Positions 37,075 through 46,845 of a stretch of DNA of 64,000 bases are shown piece by piece. Positions within the stretch are counted from its first letter, which is position 1. Every line of letters starts with the position of its first letter. Origin of the DNA: Dehalococcoidia bacterium (lineage in GTDB: Bacteria; Chloroflexota; Dehalococcoidia; UBA2979); NCBI GenBank assembly GCA_041390685.1, contig JAWKPL010000001.1, forward strand, positions 556,141 to 620,140, read 5' to 3'. Under the pieces are notes generated by a model. It was not told where the DNA came from. It worked only from the letters and a program-made list of their open reading frames with translations, and did not search any database. The position numbers and the translations under genes were made by a program.

Positions 37075-37497
37075 ATGCCCGAGTACAACAAGCCGCTCAT
37101 CGACGAGCCGACGTTCAACAGCAAGGAGTGGTGGGCCGCAACGAAGGAGCACCGGCTGCTCTTCCAACGCTGCCGTCTTTGCCAGACACCGGTGTTCTTC
37201 CCTCGGTACGTCTGCCCGGGAGCGGATTGTCTCGGCGTCGGCACGCTGGAGTGGGAGGAGTCGTCCGGGCGCGGCCGCATCTTCTCGTTCACGGTCGTGC
37301 GTCAGCCGATGGACCGGCGCTTCAACGACGACGTCCCGTACGTCTTCGCGTTGATCCAGCTCGACGAGCACTGGCGGATGTGGAGCAATGTCATTGGGAT
37401 CGATCCCGGGGAGGTCCGCGTCGGCCAGCGTGTCGAGGTCGAGTGGGACGATGTGACCGGCGAGGTCGCGCTGCCGAAGTTCCGCGTCGTCGCGTAG
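37075..37497 (+). CDS. DUF35 Zn-ribbon/OB-fold protein (ChsH2-like thiolase partner)
   Basis: 'CRLCQTPVFFPRYVCPGADC' zinc ribbon plus OB fold. Canonical pairing with the upstream thiolase-like gene. Confidence 0.8.
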   Translation: MPEYNKPLIDEPTFNSKEWWAATKEHRLLFQRCRLCQTPVFFPRYVCPGADCLGVGTLEWEESSGRGRIFSFTVVRQPMDRRFNDDVPYVFALIQLDEHWRMWSNVIGIDPGEVRVGQRVEVEWDDVTGEVALPKFRVVA

Positions 37498-37751
37498 CTG
37501 AGCCGCCACCGGGGTCGCCCTGACGTGCAGGGTGGTGATGCGCAGGACCGGAGGGACCTCGTCTCGCGGCGCCCGGTCGCCGAATGGGGGCCACACCTCG
37601 AGGCCGGTGAGCCGGACGGCGGTGCGCCCTTCGCATGGCTTCACCGCCTTGCGGAGGACGCACCGCCGTTGTTCGAGTTCCGCTGACGAGTGTCCGCCCT
37701 GGCCGGTGAGGTCACGGTGCGAGCGGCCGGTCACTCCCCCGGCAGCACCTC

Positions 37752-38552
37752 TCAACCGACGAGGTATGGGGGGTGCTGCGGATCCGCCGTCAGACCGCTT
37801 GCCGACCGCTGGTCTCCAGCCACCAGTGGGTCGCGCCGGCCACCCTTCGTCAGCAACCACAACCCGAGCCACATCTCGCCCAGCACCGAGGGCACAGCGA
37901 CCACGGCGAGGAAGATGTCCGCATAGTCGCCGTAGTCCGGCAGGATCGTGTTGGCGAGCGTGTCGGCGATGTACGCAAGCCCGGCAGCGATGAGCAGGAG
38001 AGACAGCGCCCTCGGCGCCAGATTCGCCCGGCGGGTGAGGAAACCGACGAGCATGAGATGCAGCCCGAAGCTGGCAAGACCGACGAGCCACGTGAAGTTG
38101 AAGGCGTCGAGATAGAGCGTCACCTGCGCGTTCACCTGGCCCGCCTCGAAGGCGTCGAACGCACCGTCTCCGTCGAGCATGCCGAGCACCATGAAGAAGA
38201 AGACGAGGGCGACTCCCAGGAACACCGTGTAGACGAGGCGAGCCCATGCGCTGAGCAATGAGAGGTCATGGTTGGCGGGGCGAAAGACGACATATAGGCC
38301 CCACGCGACGACAACATCGATGAGAAACACGGCGAGGAAGGCTACGGCGCCCGCTCGGAAGAGACCTTCTGACTCGACGATGTTCGCGACCGTCGCCGCA
38401 GCGTCATCCGGGACGACCAGTCCCTCGCGGACCATGAAGTTCGCGAAGATGGCGAGGAAGAAGATCGCGACGTAGCCGACTCCCGCGATGCGAGCCGCCG
38501 CGCGGGTCGAGATGGACGGCGCAGGTATCGTTCCTGCAGATGGTGCATTCAC
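37752..38552 (-). CDS. DUF4386 family membrane protein
   Basis: Start region 'TRAAARIAGVGYVAIFFLAIFANF...VVPDDAAATVANIVESEGLFR' is typical of DUF4386. GTG start after AGGAGAG. Confidence 0.7.
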   Translation of the reverse strand: MNAPSAGTIPAPSISTRAAARIAGVGYVAIFFLAIFANFMVREGLVVPDDAAATVANIVESEGLFRAGAVAFLAVFLIDVVVAWGLYVVFRPANHDLSLLSAWARLVYTVFLGVALVFFFMVLGMLDGDGAFDAFEAGQVNAQVTLYLDAFNFTWLVGLASFGLHLMLVGFLTRRANLAPRALSLLLIAAGLAYIADTLANTILPDYGDYADIFLAVVAVPSVLGEMWLGLWLLTKGGRRDPLVAGDQRSASGLTADPQHPPYLVG

Positions 38553-38609
38553 AGTAGCTCTCCTGTTCGCTGCTGGGTGTGCGTTGCTCCTGGCTGGTTC
38601 GCCTGCGAA

Positions 38610-39824
38610 CTACACGGTGATCACCACCTTTCCTCGGGCGCGGCCGGACTGGACATGTCGAATCGCGTCCTGTGACTCGTGGAGAGGGAAGGTCCGGTCG
38701 ACCGCGGGGGTGATCCGACCATCGCGCGCGAGGGCGGCGAGCACCTCGAGATCCGCAGGGCGGACCGTCGAGATGAGGAAGCCGAGCTTCTGCCGGACGA
38801 ACGCTGAGAGGATGCGCGCGCGCAGTTGTCGGTCGACGCCACCGGCGAACGTACCCCCGCCCTCACCACCGACGATGACGAGTGTCCCGTCCGGCGCGAG
38901 CGCGCGGCGAAGGAGCCGAATGGGGCGGTTCCCGGCAATGTCGAGGATGACGTCGAAGCGCGCGCCCCGTGCGGTGATCTCCTCGCGCGTGTAGTCGACG
39001 ACCTGCGTGGCTCCGAGGGACCGGACGAGGTCGAGCTTCGCGGTACTTGCCACGGCTGTGACTCGGGCACCGAGAGCGACCGCGATTTGCACGGCGAAGG
39101 AGCCCACCCCACCGGACGCGCCGATCACGAGTACGTGCTGGCCCGGCTGGACGGCCGCCGCGTCCCGGAGGGCCTGGAGCGCCGTGACCGCGGACGTACC
39201 GAGGGCGGCGGCCTGCTCCCACGACACGGTCGGTGGCCTGTGAGCGAGCCTGTCTTCCGGTACAGCGGCGTACTCGGCGTAGGCTCCGGCACCGCTGCCG
39301 AACACATCGTCTCCCGGCTGGAAGCGCGTGACGGCCGAGCCGACGGCTTCGACCTGTCCGGCGAGGTCCAGTCCCGGAATGGACTGCTTCGGGCGGCGAA
39401 GCCCGTACACTGCCCGCAGGACATACGGCCGCCCGGTCATGAGGTGCACGACACCGGCGTCCACGGCGCTGGCGCGCACGCGCACAAGCACCTCGCGGTC
39501 ACCGACCGTGGGGATGCTCGCGGTCGCGAGCTGCAACTCGTCGGCGGAGCCGTACTTCGTCTGCAGGACGGCCTGCATCAGTCCGTTGCCGGCCGGAGCG
39601 GCATCGATGGGGCAGACGGAGATGACGGGGATGCCAAGGTCGCGCATCCGCGCGATCACGCCGTGCAGCGCGGCCTGGTCACGTACGGGGATGCGGAGGA
39701 GCGTGGTGCCGTCCGCCTCACGCGTGATCGATGTGACGTCGACGCGGTCGGACCATCCATCGTCGAGGTGGCCTCGGACGCGGATGTCGTAGAGGACCGG
39801 CTTGTTCGTGGCGTGCGCCGACAT
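38610..39824 (-). CDS. MDR-superfamily NAD(P)H quinone oxidoreductase fused to an uncharacterised ~82 aa N-terminal domain
   Basis: ATG 6 nt after AGGGAG. Residues 1-82 ('KPVLYDIRVRGHLDDGWS...GIPVISV') precede a canonical MDR start 'MQAVLQTKYGSADELQL' with 'GASGGVGSFAVQIA'. Confidence 0.7.
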   Translation of the reverse strand: MSAHATNKPVLYDIRVRGHLDDGWSDRVDVTSITREADGTTLLRIPVRDQAALHGVIARMRDLGIPVISVCPIDAAPAGNGLMQAVLQTKYGSADELQLATASIPTVGDREVLVRVRASAVDAGVVHLMTGRPYVLRAVYGLRRPKQSIPGLDLAGQVEAVGSAVTRFQPGDDVFGSGAGAYAEYAAVPEDRLAHRPPTVSWEQAAALGTSAVTALQALRDAAAVQPGQHVLVIGASGGVGSFAVQIAVALGARVTAVASTAKLDLVRSLGATQVVDYTREEITARGARFDVILDIAGNRPIRLLRRALAPDGTLVIVGGEGGGTFAGGVDRQLRARILSAFVRQKLGFLISTVRPADLEVLAALARDGRITPAVDRTFPLHESQDAIRHVQSGRARGKVVITV

Positions 39825-39964
39825 CGTTGACTCCCTTCGCCGCGGAGGGGGCGCTCCCGGCTGCAGACTGTGGTCGATGACTCCAATCTGGATGGATCGG
39901 CGGACGCCGCCCTCGGCCAAAGGGTGTAATCGGGGGGTGCAATTCGGAGCGTGAAGGCGGAGCG

Positions 39965-42688
39965 CTAGATCAAGCGCAGCTCGTTCGCGCGAGCGACTGC
40001 CTCGGTGCGGTGGGTCACGCCGAGCTTGCCGTAGGCGTTCGCGATGTGTCGCTTCACGGTCGCAACGCTGAGGACGAGATGGTCAGCGATCTCCTGGTTT
40101 CGCATACCGGTCGCGATCAGGCGGAGGATCTCCACTTCGCGGGCGGTGAGCGCCTCGGGCAGCGCCATGGGCTCGTGAGCCGCGTGCTTCGTCGATATGC
40201 CGTGTTCGCGGAGCGCGCGCACGAGGTCGCCGGCGTACGCGGTCGCGACGCCATCAGCGACGGCCTGGCGGAGCAGGCCGTGGACCGGCTCGCCCTCGGC
40301 CGCAACGAGGCGCCAGTAGCCCTCTGGTTCGGCCAGCCGGAGCGCTTCGGCGAAGAGCACCGTCGCCGCCTCCGTGTCGCCGAGCGCCTGTGAGGCCAGC
40401 GCCTGCAGGAGGCGGATCTCCAGGACGCTGCCGTCTCGGAGGCCGTCCGCGTCCTCGAAGAGCCGACCGAGCAGTCCGAGCGCGGCCGTCGCATCAGCGG
40501 GACTGCCGTTGATGCGGGAGCGGTAGAGCAACAGCCGCACCAGCGTGAGGTACTCGTACTCGCGTTCGAAGGCTACCTGGCCGTCTGCTGAGAGTCCCTG
40601 CTGTGCCGCCCACGTCTCGACTTCCGAGAGCCGTCCCGCAAACAGCATCACGCGGGCCCGCCTCGCGTGCATCGGGACACTCGGGACCGTGGCGGGGACG
40701 ACGGAGCGCTCAGCCTCGCAGAGGTCCTCGATCGCCGCGGCGAAATCGCCGTTGAGCTCGTGCAGACGGGCGCGTCCCGCGGCGAGTCGCGAGAGCGTTT
40801 CCGGGAGCAGGGCGTCCTGCGCGAGTTCCTCGGCGATGTGCTGATGCCGAGCCGCCGCACCGAGATCGCCCCGCTCGGCCGCGACGGCGCTGAGACCGAG
40901 ATGCGCATCCGCCGCTCCCGGCATGAGCGGGTTTCCGGCGGTGTTCCAGAGGGACAGCGCACGTTCGTAGTGGCGGCACGCTTCAGTGAGTCGCCCGCGC
41001 CACATCGCCAGCTTACCGGCGTCGTAGAGGGCGCTGACCGCCAGGGCAACGTCTCCCGACCGCTCCAGCCCTTCAACCCCTCGGGAGTGCGCCGCAGCCG
41101 CGGCGTTCAGGTCACCCATGCGCCACGGCGCGAGCGCGAGCAGGAGCGCAGCGCCTGACCGCCAGGTGTGCTGGTCCGCGGGCAACACCTCGAGGGCGCG
41201 CTGGGAGTGCTCCACCGTGGCGGTGACATCGCCGGTGGCCATCGCGTGGTATCCACGGGCAACCGCGGTGAGTCCCTGCAGCAACGCGAGCGCCTCGTCG
41301 GGCCGCCCCGGACTCGCGGCGCTCGCTCGTCCGTCAGCGGCCCGCGACGCGACATCGAGCCAGCGGAGCGCGGCCCCCATCTCACCTGCGGGGAATAGTC
41401 CGAAGGCGTAGTACGCGCAGAGGACGGGACGCTGCGCCACGACCTCGTCAGGGAGCTGACGCAACCATTCGAGGAGTTGAAGCGGCTGGTAGGCGCGCAC
41501 CACGTCCGAGGCGATGGACTCGATCAGTTCGGCCGCGCGTTCGACGTGGCCTCCGACCAGGGCTTGGCTGATCGCTTCGTGCGCCTGACCGGCGCGGGTG
41601 TACCAGTCGCTGGCAGCGCGGTGAAGGTTACGGACTTCGTACTTCGCGTCGTTGTTGACGTGCGCCCGGAGGACATCGGAGAAGAGGTGGTGGTAGCGGA
41701 ACCACTGGCGCCGATCGTCGAGTGCCACGACGAAGAGATTCGCGCGCTCGAGGCCCTCGAGCGTTGCCGCGCCATCCGCGCGACCGGTCAGCGCGTCGCA
41801 CAGCGGGCCGTACAGGCGGTCGAGGATCGATGTCTTCAGCAGGAAGTCGCGTACGTGCGCGGGCTGACGATGCAGTACCTCCTCGAGCAGGTAGTCGACG
41901 ATGTACCGGTCGTTGCCGGCGAAGGCCGCAACGAATGCACCGTGGTCATCGCGGCCCTCCATCGAGAGCGCGGCGAGCTGCAGCCCGGCGATCCAGCCCT
42001 CGGTACGCCGTTCCAGCGCGGCGATGTCGTCAGCGGAGACCTGGAGGCCCATTGTGTCCTTGAGGAAGGCGGCGGCCTCGTCCGTGGAGAAGGCCAGATC
42101 CGCAGAGCGGAGTTCCGTCAGGTCGCCGCGCGACCGCAGTCGAGCGATGGGGATCGGCGGGTCGGCCCGGCTGGCCAGCACGAGGTGCATCTGGCGGGGC
42201 ATGTGGTCGATGAGGAAGGCCATTGCCTGGTGGACGGCTTCTGACTCGACGGCGTGATAGTCGTCGAGCACCAGGACGACGGGCGTAGCTTCGGCGGCGG
42301 CATCGTTGAGCACGGCGGTGAGGACCACCTCGGCGGGGTATGGTTGCCGGGTGCGCACCATCGCGAGCGCGCGTCCGCCGACGTGTGGATGTGCACGCCG
42401 CAGCGCTTCGACCACGTACTCAAGGAAGCGTCCGGGATCGCCGTCGCCGCGGTCGAGCGAGAGCCAGGCCACGGTGCGACCGGGCTTCGAGGCGAGCCAT
42501 TCTCCGAGCAGCGTGGTCTTGCCGGCGCCGGCGCGGGCCGAGATTACGGTGACACGGCCCTGTGCGCCTCGTTCGAGGCGCTGCACGAGGCGCGGCCGGC
42601 GGACGAGCCCGCCCCTCCAGGCGGGCGGGAAGAACCTGGTCTCCAGCAGCGCCGGCGCGGGGGCGGCTTCAATGTCCATTCCGTCCAT
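39965..42688 (-). CDS. LuxR-family regulator with STAND/AAA ATPase and TPR region (MalT-like, ~907 aa)
   Basis: 'ISARAGAGKTTLL' P-loop and C-terminal LuxR HTH 'LTAREVEILRLIATGMRNQEIADHLVLSVATVKRHI'. Start taken at the internal 'MDGMDIEAAP' by analogy with MalT N-termini. Confidence 0.75.
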   Translation of the reverse strand: MDGMDIEAAPAPALLETRFFPPAWRGGLVRRPRLVQRLERGAQGRVTVISARAGAGKTTLLGEWLASKPGRTVAWLSLDRGDGDPGRFLEYVVEALRRAHPHVGGRALAMVRTRQPYPAEVVLTAVLNDAAAEATPVVLVLDDYHAVESEAVHQAMAFLIDHMPRQMHLVLASRADPPIPIARLRSRGDLTELRSADLAFSTDEAAAFLKDTMGLQVSADDIAALERRTEGWIAGLQLAALSMEGRDDHGAFVAAFAGNDRYIVDYLLEEVLHRQPAHVRDFLLKTSILDRLYGPLCDALTGRADGAATLEGLERANLFVVALDDRRQWFRYHHLFSDVLRAHVNNDAKYEVRNLHRAASDWYTRAGQAHEAISQALVGGHVERAAELIESIASDVVRAYQPLQLLEWLRQLPDEVVAQRPVLCAYYAFGLFPAGEMGAALRWLDVASRAADGRASAASPGRPDEALALLQGLTAVARGYHAMATGDVTATVEHSQRALEVLPADQHTWRSGAALLLALAPWRMGDLNAAAAAHSRGVEGLERSGDVALAVSALYDAGKLAMWRGRLTEACRHYERALSLWNTAGNPLMPGAADAHLGLSAVAAERGDLGAAARHQHIAEELAQDALLPETLSRLAAGRARLHELNGDFAAAIEDLCEAERSVVPATVPSVPMHARRARVMLFAGRLSEVETWAAQQGLSADGQVAFEREYEYLTLVRLLLYRSRINGSPADATAALGLLGRLFEDADGLRDGSVLEIRLLQALASQALGDTEAATVLFAEALRLAEPEGYWRLVAAEGEPVHGLLRQAVADGVATAYAGDLVRALREHGISTKHAAHEPMALPEALTAREVEILRLIATGMRNQEIADHLVLSVATVKRHIANAYGKLGVTHRTEAVARANELRLI

Positions 42689-42945
42689 CCGACGATTGTA
42701 GGGAATCGACCGCGCGACATCGGGGCGGGACGGCAGGCGTGCCGGAGTCCCGCGGGCCTCCGCGCCCGGAGTCACTGATGCCGGGCTGCGGGTTCCGGGC
42801 GCGACCGCGTGGCGGATGGTCGGGCCGGAAGCACGATCATGCCGCCACCGCCGTACGTTATCGGCGACGATCACAACTCGCTCGTACCGCACAATCCACG
42901 CGGAATGGCGTTCCATTCCGCTGTGTATGAAGGGGTTGGGCCGGA

Positions 42946-44019
42946 GTGAAGATCGAGACTGGCTTCGGGGAGACCTGGCTGGGGGAAGTGCCCGCCCGCG
43001 TGCGCGAGGCGGAGGCGGCCGGCTTCGACTCCATCAGCACGCCGGAGATGCGGCACAACTCCATCCTCGAGCTGACTCTGGCGGCGGAACACTCCGAGCG
43101 GATGGAACTGTGCACCGGCGTCACGATCGCGTTCCCGCGCTCACCGATGGTCATGGCGCAATCGGCGTGGGACCTGCAGCAGTTCAGCAAGGGCCGCATC
43201 AACATCGGGCTGGGCTCGCAGGTGAAGGGTCACAACATCCGGCGGTTCGGCGGCACGTGGTCGCCACCTGCCCGGCGGATGGAAGAGTATGTAACGATGA
43301 TGCGGGCCATCTGGCGGTCGTGGCAGTTCGGAGAACGGCCCGAGTTCGTCGGCGAAGACTATCGGTACCTGCTGATGACGCCCGCATTCAATCCGGGGCC
43401 GATCGACTACCCGTTCCCGAAGATCTCAATCGCCAGCGTCGGGCCGAAGATGGCCGAGGTGGCGGGCGCCGTCGGCGATGGGCTGCGTCCTCATGGGTTC
43501 ATGACCGAGAAGTACATGCGTCAGACGGTCCTGCCGGCGGTCGAGCGGGGCGCGCAACGCGCCGGACGCACGCTCGCGGACATCGAGATCTCGGTGGGCG
43601 GGTTCAGCGCCTTCGGCGAGACGGAGGCTGAGGTCGAGCAGGCCATCGACGCTCTGCGACGTCCGATCTCCTTCTACGGTTCGACGCGCACGTATCACGT
43701 CGTGTTCCAGGCGCACGGTCTGGAAGCGCTCGGGATGCGGCTCCATGAGCTCTCGTTGCGCGGTGAGTGGGACAAGATGCTTGAGGCTGTGACGTTCGAG
43801 CATGCGGCGGAGATGGCGAACGCCTGCACCTACGATGAGCTGCCTCGGTACGCGCGCGAGCACTTCGAGTACGCGACGCGCATGCGGCTGCCGTTTGGAG
43901 ACGAGCACGGCGCGGGACGGTACGGCGGGTCGGAGGAAGCCGACGGCACGCATCCCTCGATGAGCCGGGAGCGCCTCGACTGGCTCATCAAGGAGTTGCA
44001 CCAGGTCGGGGCCGCCTGA
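42946..44019 (+). CDS. LLM-class (luciferase-like) F420-dependent oxidoreductase
   Basis: 357 aa TIM-barrel LLM sequence. Divergent from the LuxR/MalT regulator. Confidence 0.75.
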   Translation: MKIETGFGETWLGEVPARVREAEAAGFDSISTPEMRHNSILELTLAAEHSERMELCTGVTIAFPRSPMVMAQSAWDLQQFSKGRINIGLGSQVKGHNIRRFGGTWSPPARRMEEYVTMMRAIWRSWQFGERPEFVGEDYRYLLMTPAFNPGPIDYPFPKISIASVGPKMAEVAGAVGDGLRPHGFMTEKYMRQTVLPAVERGAQRAGRTLADIEISVGGFSAFGETEAEVEQAIDALRRPISFYGSTRTYHVVFQAHGLEALGMRLHELSLRGEWDKMLEAVTFEHAAEMANACTYDELPRYAREHFEYATRMRLPFGDEHGAGRYGGSEEADGTHPSMSRERLDWLIKELHQVGAA

Positions 44020-44023
44020 CCCA

Positions 44024-44040
44024 GCAGCCGACGAGGCTGC
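44024..44040 (+). terminator. Short hairpin (6-bp stem, 5-nt loop) after the LLM gene
   Basis: 'gcagcc gacga ggctgc' lies between convergent genes. Confidence 0.3.
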
Positions 44041-44090
44041 GTGATGCGGGCCCTCGCGGTCACGCGACCGGAACCCCACGGGGCGGCGGA

Positions 44091-45158
44091 TCATCGCGCT
44101 CCGGCCATCGCTGCCGGCGGGACCAGGCGCACGGTCGTGGTCGGATAGGCGAAGTCGATCCGGCGCTCGGCGAATCGCCGGAAGATCTCGAAGTTGATCT
44201 GCTCGTGGATGTCCATGTAGCGGTTGTAGTCGGGGTCCAGCACGAAGTACACGACCTCGAACTGCACCGCGCTCGATGCGAACCGCGCGAGATGGGCGCG
44301 GTCGAATCGCGTACCGTCCTGTCGCTCCACGGACTCCCGTAGGAGGCGCGGGATGTCCTCGAGCTGCTCGGCGGGAGTCTCGTACGTCACGTCGACCAGG
44401 AACAGCACGCGCCGCTCTTCCATCCGCTGGTAGTTCTGCAGCCGGCTTTGCAGGATGTCTGTGTTCGAGAAGATCAGCTGCTCGCCCGATAGGCTCCTGA
44501 TGCGTGTCGTCTTGAGACCAACGTTCTCGACGACGCCCATGCGATCGCCAACGACGATGAAGTCCCCGACGAGAAACGGCTTATCCATCACGATCGCGAG
44601 CGAGGCGAAGAGGTCTGCCAGCACGCTCTGCGCGGCGAGCGCTACCGCAATACCGCCGATTCCCAGACCGGCGACGATCGCGGTCACTCGAATGCCGACG
44701 TTGTCGAGGATCAGCAGCACGATGATCGACCACATAGCGACGCGGGCGAGCAGTCCAATCGCCCCGAGCGTCGTGACGCTGGCTGAATCGGTGGCGAGGC
44801 GGTCGCGCCGGTAGCGCGCGACCCAGAAGCCGATCGCCTCGTTTCCCCATACGGCCGACTGAGCCAGCAGTCCGATCACGGCACCGGCCTTGGCGATGCG
44901 CCCGAAGTTGGGTGCCACATCGAGGGTAAGGAGCCCCGCGTACGTAGAGAGCAGCAGGATCGGGAGCAGGCGAGTGCTCCCGGCGAGCGCCGCGACGAGC
45001 TGTCCTGCGCTGGCCTCCGCCACGAGCAGCCTCGAGGCGCGTCTTCGTACTGTCCGCCGCACAAGAAGGAGGGCCGCGCACGTCACGAGGACGACGCCAG
45101 CGGCGAGCATCCAGCGAGCGAGCGAGTTTCCTCCGACTGACGTTTCGAGCCACGTCAT
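44091..45158 (-). CDS. Mechanosensitive ion channel family protein (MscS)
   Basis: TM helices followed by a conserved MscS beta domain ('FLVGDFIVVGDRMGVVENVGLKTTRIRSLSGEQLIFSN'). Confidence 0.85.
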   Translation of the reverse strand: MTWLETSVGGNSLARWMLAAGVVLVTCAALLLVRRTVRRRASRLLVAEASAGQLVAALAGSTRLLPILLLSTYAGLLTLDVAPNFGRIAKAGAVIGLLAQSAVWGNEAIGFWVARYRRDRLATDSASVTTLGAIGLLARVAMWSIIVLLILDNVGIRVTAIVAGLGIGGIAVALAAQSVLADLFASLAIVMDKPFLVGDFIVVGDRMGVVENVGLKTTRIRSLSGEQLIFSNTDILQSRLQNYQRMEERRVLFLVDVTYETPAEQLEDIPRLLRESVERQDGTRFDRAHLARFASSAVQFEVVYFVLDPDYNRYMDIHEQINFEIFRRFAERRIDFAYPTTTVRLVPPAAMAGAR

Positions 45159-45454
45159 CGCGCCTCCGTTCCGCCCGCAGGCGCAGCAGGGCCCCTCTGG
45201 GGCCGATCGCTCTCGTCGGACGGACGCGCCCGTCCCTGCGCCGCGCCGAGAGAGGGGGGGCCGCCTCCGACGTTACCCGTGGAAGCCCGTTCGTCAACCC
45301 TGCGATGCGGTGGCGGCCAGTTCGACCAAGAAAACAAGGAGAGGTGAGCAGCGATGCCGGCCTGCGGCCAACGTCCCTCCGTCGGGCTGGATATGCCGTC
45401 GAGACCGCATGTCAGCGCCGCGGGGAAGCCCGGCAGGCGGGGACCCGCCGTCTC

Positions 45455-45829
45455 CTAGTACGCGTTCAACTCGTGCAGGCGGTCATCGCTGATACCGAAG
45501 TGGTGCGCGATCTCGTGATGGACGGTGTGCCGCACCAGGGCGAAGAGGTGGTCCTCGTCGCGCGCGAGGCGCTCGAGGGCGAGCTGGAAGAGGACGATCT
45601 TGTCCGGTGGGATCATCCCGTAGCCGCTGTGGCGTGCGGTCAAGGGGACCCCCCGGTAGAGCCCGAGCAGCATTCCGTTGCTGCCGCCGAGGCGCTCGCG
45701 GTCCTGTGGCGTGGGAGCGTCCTCGATGACGATCGCGAGGTTATCGAGTCGTGTCCGGAATTCGGGCGGGAGTTCGTCGAGTACTCGTTCCACCATCGAC
45801 TCGAGCGTCCCGGCGAGTGTCCTGTGCAT
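45455..45829 (-). CDS. Zn-metallopeptidase-like small protein (HExxH: HHEIAHH)
   Basis: 124 aa of the DUF1025 / metallopeptidase family type. Confidence 0.65.
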   Translation of the reverse strand: MHRTLAGTLESMVERVLDELPPEFRTRLDNLAIVIEDAPTPQDRERLGGSNGMLLGLYRGVPLTARHSGYGMIPPDKIVLFQLALERLARDEDHLFALVRHTVHHEIAHHFGISDDRLHELNAY

Positions 45830-46105
45830 TCGCCAAGTATAGGAGCGGCTGTGGCGCCTCGCCGGAAGCCGATGATGGCGCTGGGGGCGGTATGCACCTC
45901 GGGGGCTTCATGGCCGCGCCGCATGCATGGTGCAGCGATGTGAGCACCGGGGTGCGTCAGGTGGCCGACCTGCAGCCGCCAGGACCAGCGGCGGGCGGTT
46001 CGCCGCAACCGGGAGTCGTCGCTCAGTTGTGGGGCTCACGCTGTGGCTCGTGACCTTGCCGCAACTTCGTCCTCCTATCCTCGGCAAGAACGAAAGGAGC
46101 GAGCC

Positions 46106-46546
46106 GTGAAGTCGCTCTGGAGCGGAATGGCCGGCGCCCTCGCACTCACAGCGGCCCATCAGGCCGTGAATCGCCTGAGGGGGGATGCGCCTCGGATGGA
46201 CCTGCTCGGATCGGAGGTGCTCGCGAAGCTGGCCGCCAAGGCGGGTGTGCGCGTCAGCCCGCGCGGGCGTGGAGTCCGGGTTGTCGCGCTGGTGGGCGAC
46301 CTGCTCGCGAACGGTCTGTTCTACAGCCTGGCGGGCCGCACGAGACATCGATGGCGTGGCGGCCTGCTCCTCGGATCGGCGGCCGGAGCGGGAGCGGTGC
46401 TGCTCCCCGGGCCGCTCGGTCTGACGGCCGCATACGCGACGCGCACCCGTGTCACGTCGTTGACGGCGTTCGGCCTGTACTTCCTCGGCGGCGTGGTGGC
46501 AGCAGGTGCGTCACACGTGTTCTCCGCACCGGGGGAGGCGGACTGA
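46106..46546 (+). CDS. Hypothetical Gly/Ala-rich membrane protein
   Basis: GTG 6 nt after AAGGAG. No family recognised. Confidence 0.4.
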   Translation: MKSLWSGMAGALALTAAHQAVNRLRGDAPRMDLLGSEVLAKLAAKAGVRVSPRGRGVRVVALVGDLLANGLFYSLAGRTRHRWRGGLLLGSAAGAGAVLLPGPLGLTAAYATRTRVTSLTAFGLYFLGGVVAAGASHVFSAPGEAD

Positions 46547-46756
46547 TCGGCTGAGCGATTGCCCGTGGCTCTGACCGCAATAGCCGTCGGAGTCCGCCCG
46601 CCCTCGTCGCGTCCATTCTTCGAGCGGCTGTGCTCAGTCGCGGACTGATGCGCCGCCCATCAGGGGAGGGCGGTCGAAGCGACTGGCGGGGTAGGTAGGT
46701 TGCGGATCCGGACGAGCTTTACCGTTCAGCGGCAAACATGGATGTGGAGAGAGGTC

Positions 46757-46832
<76 letters not shown>

Positions 46833-46845
46833 TCGGGGAGGGACA

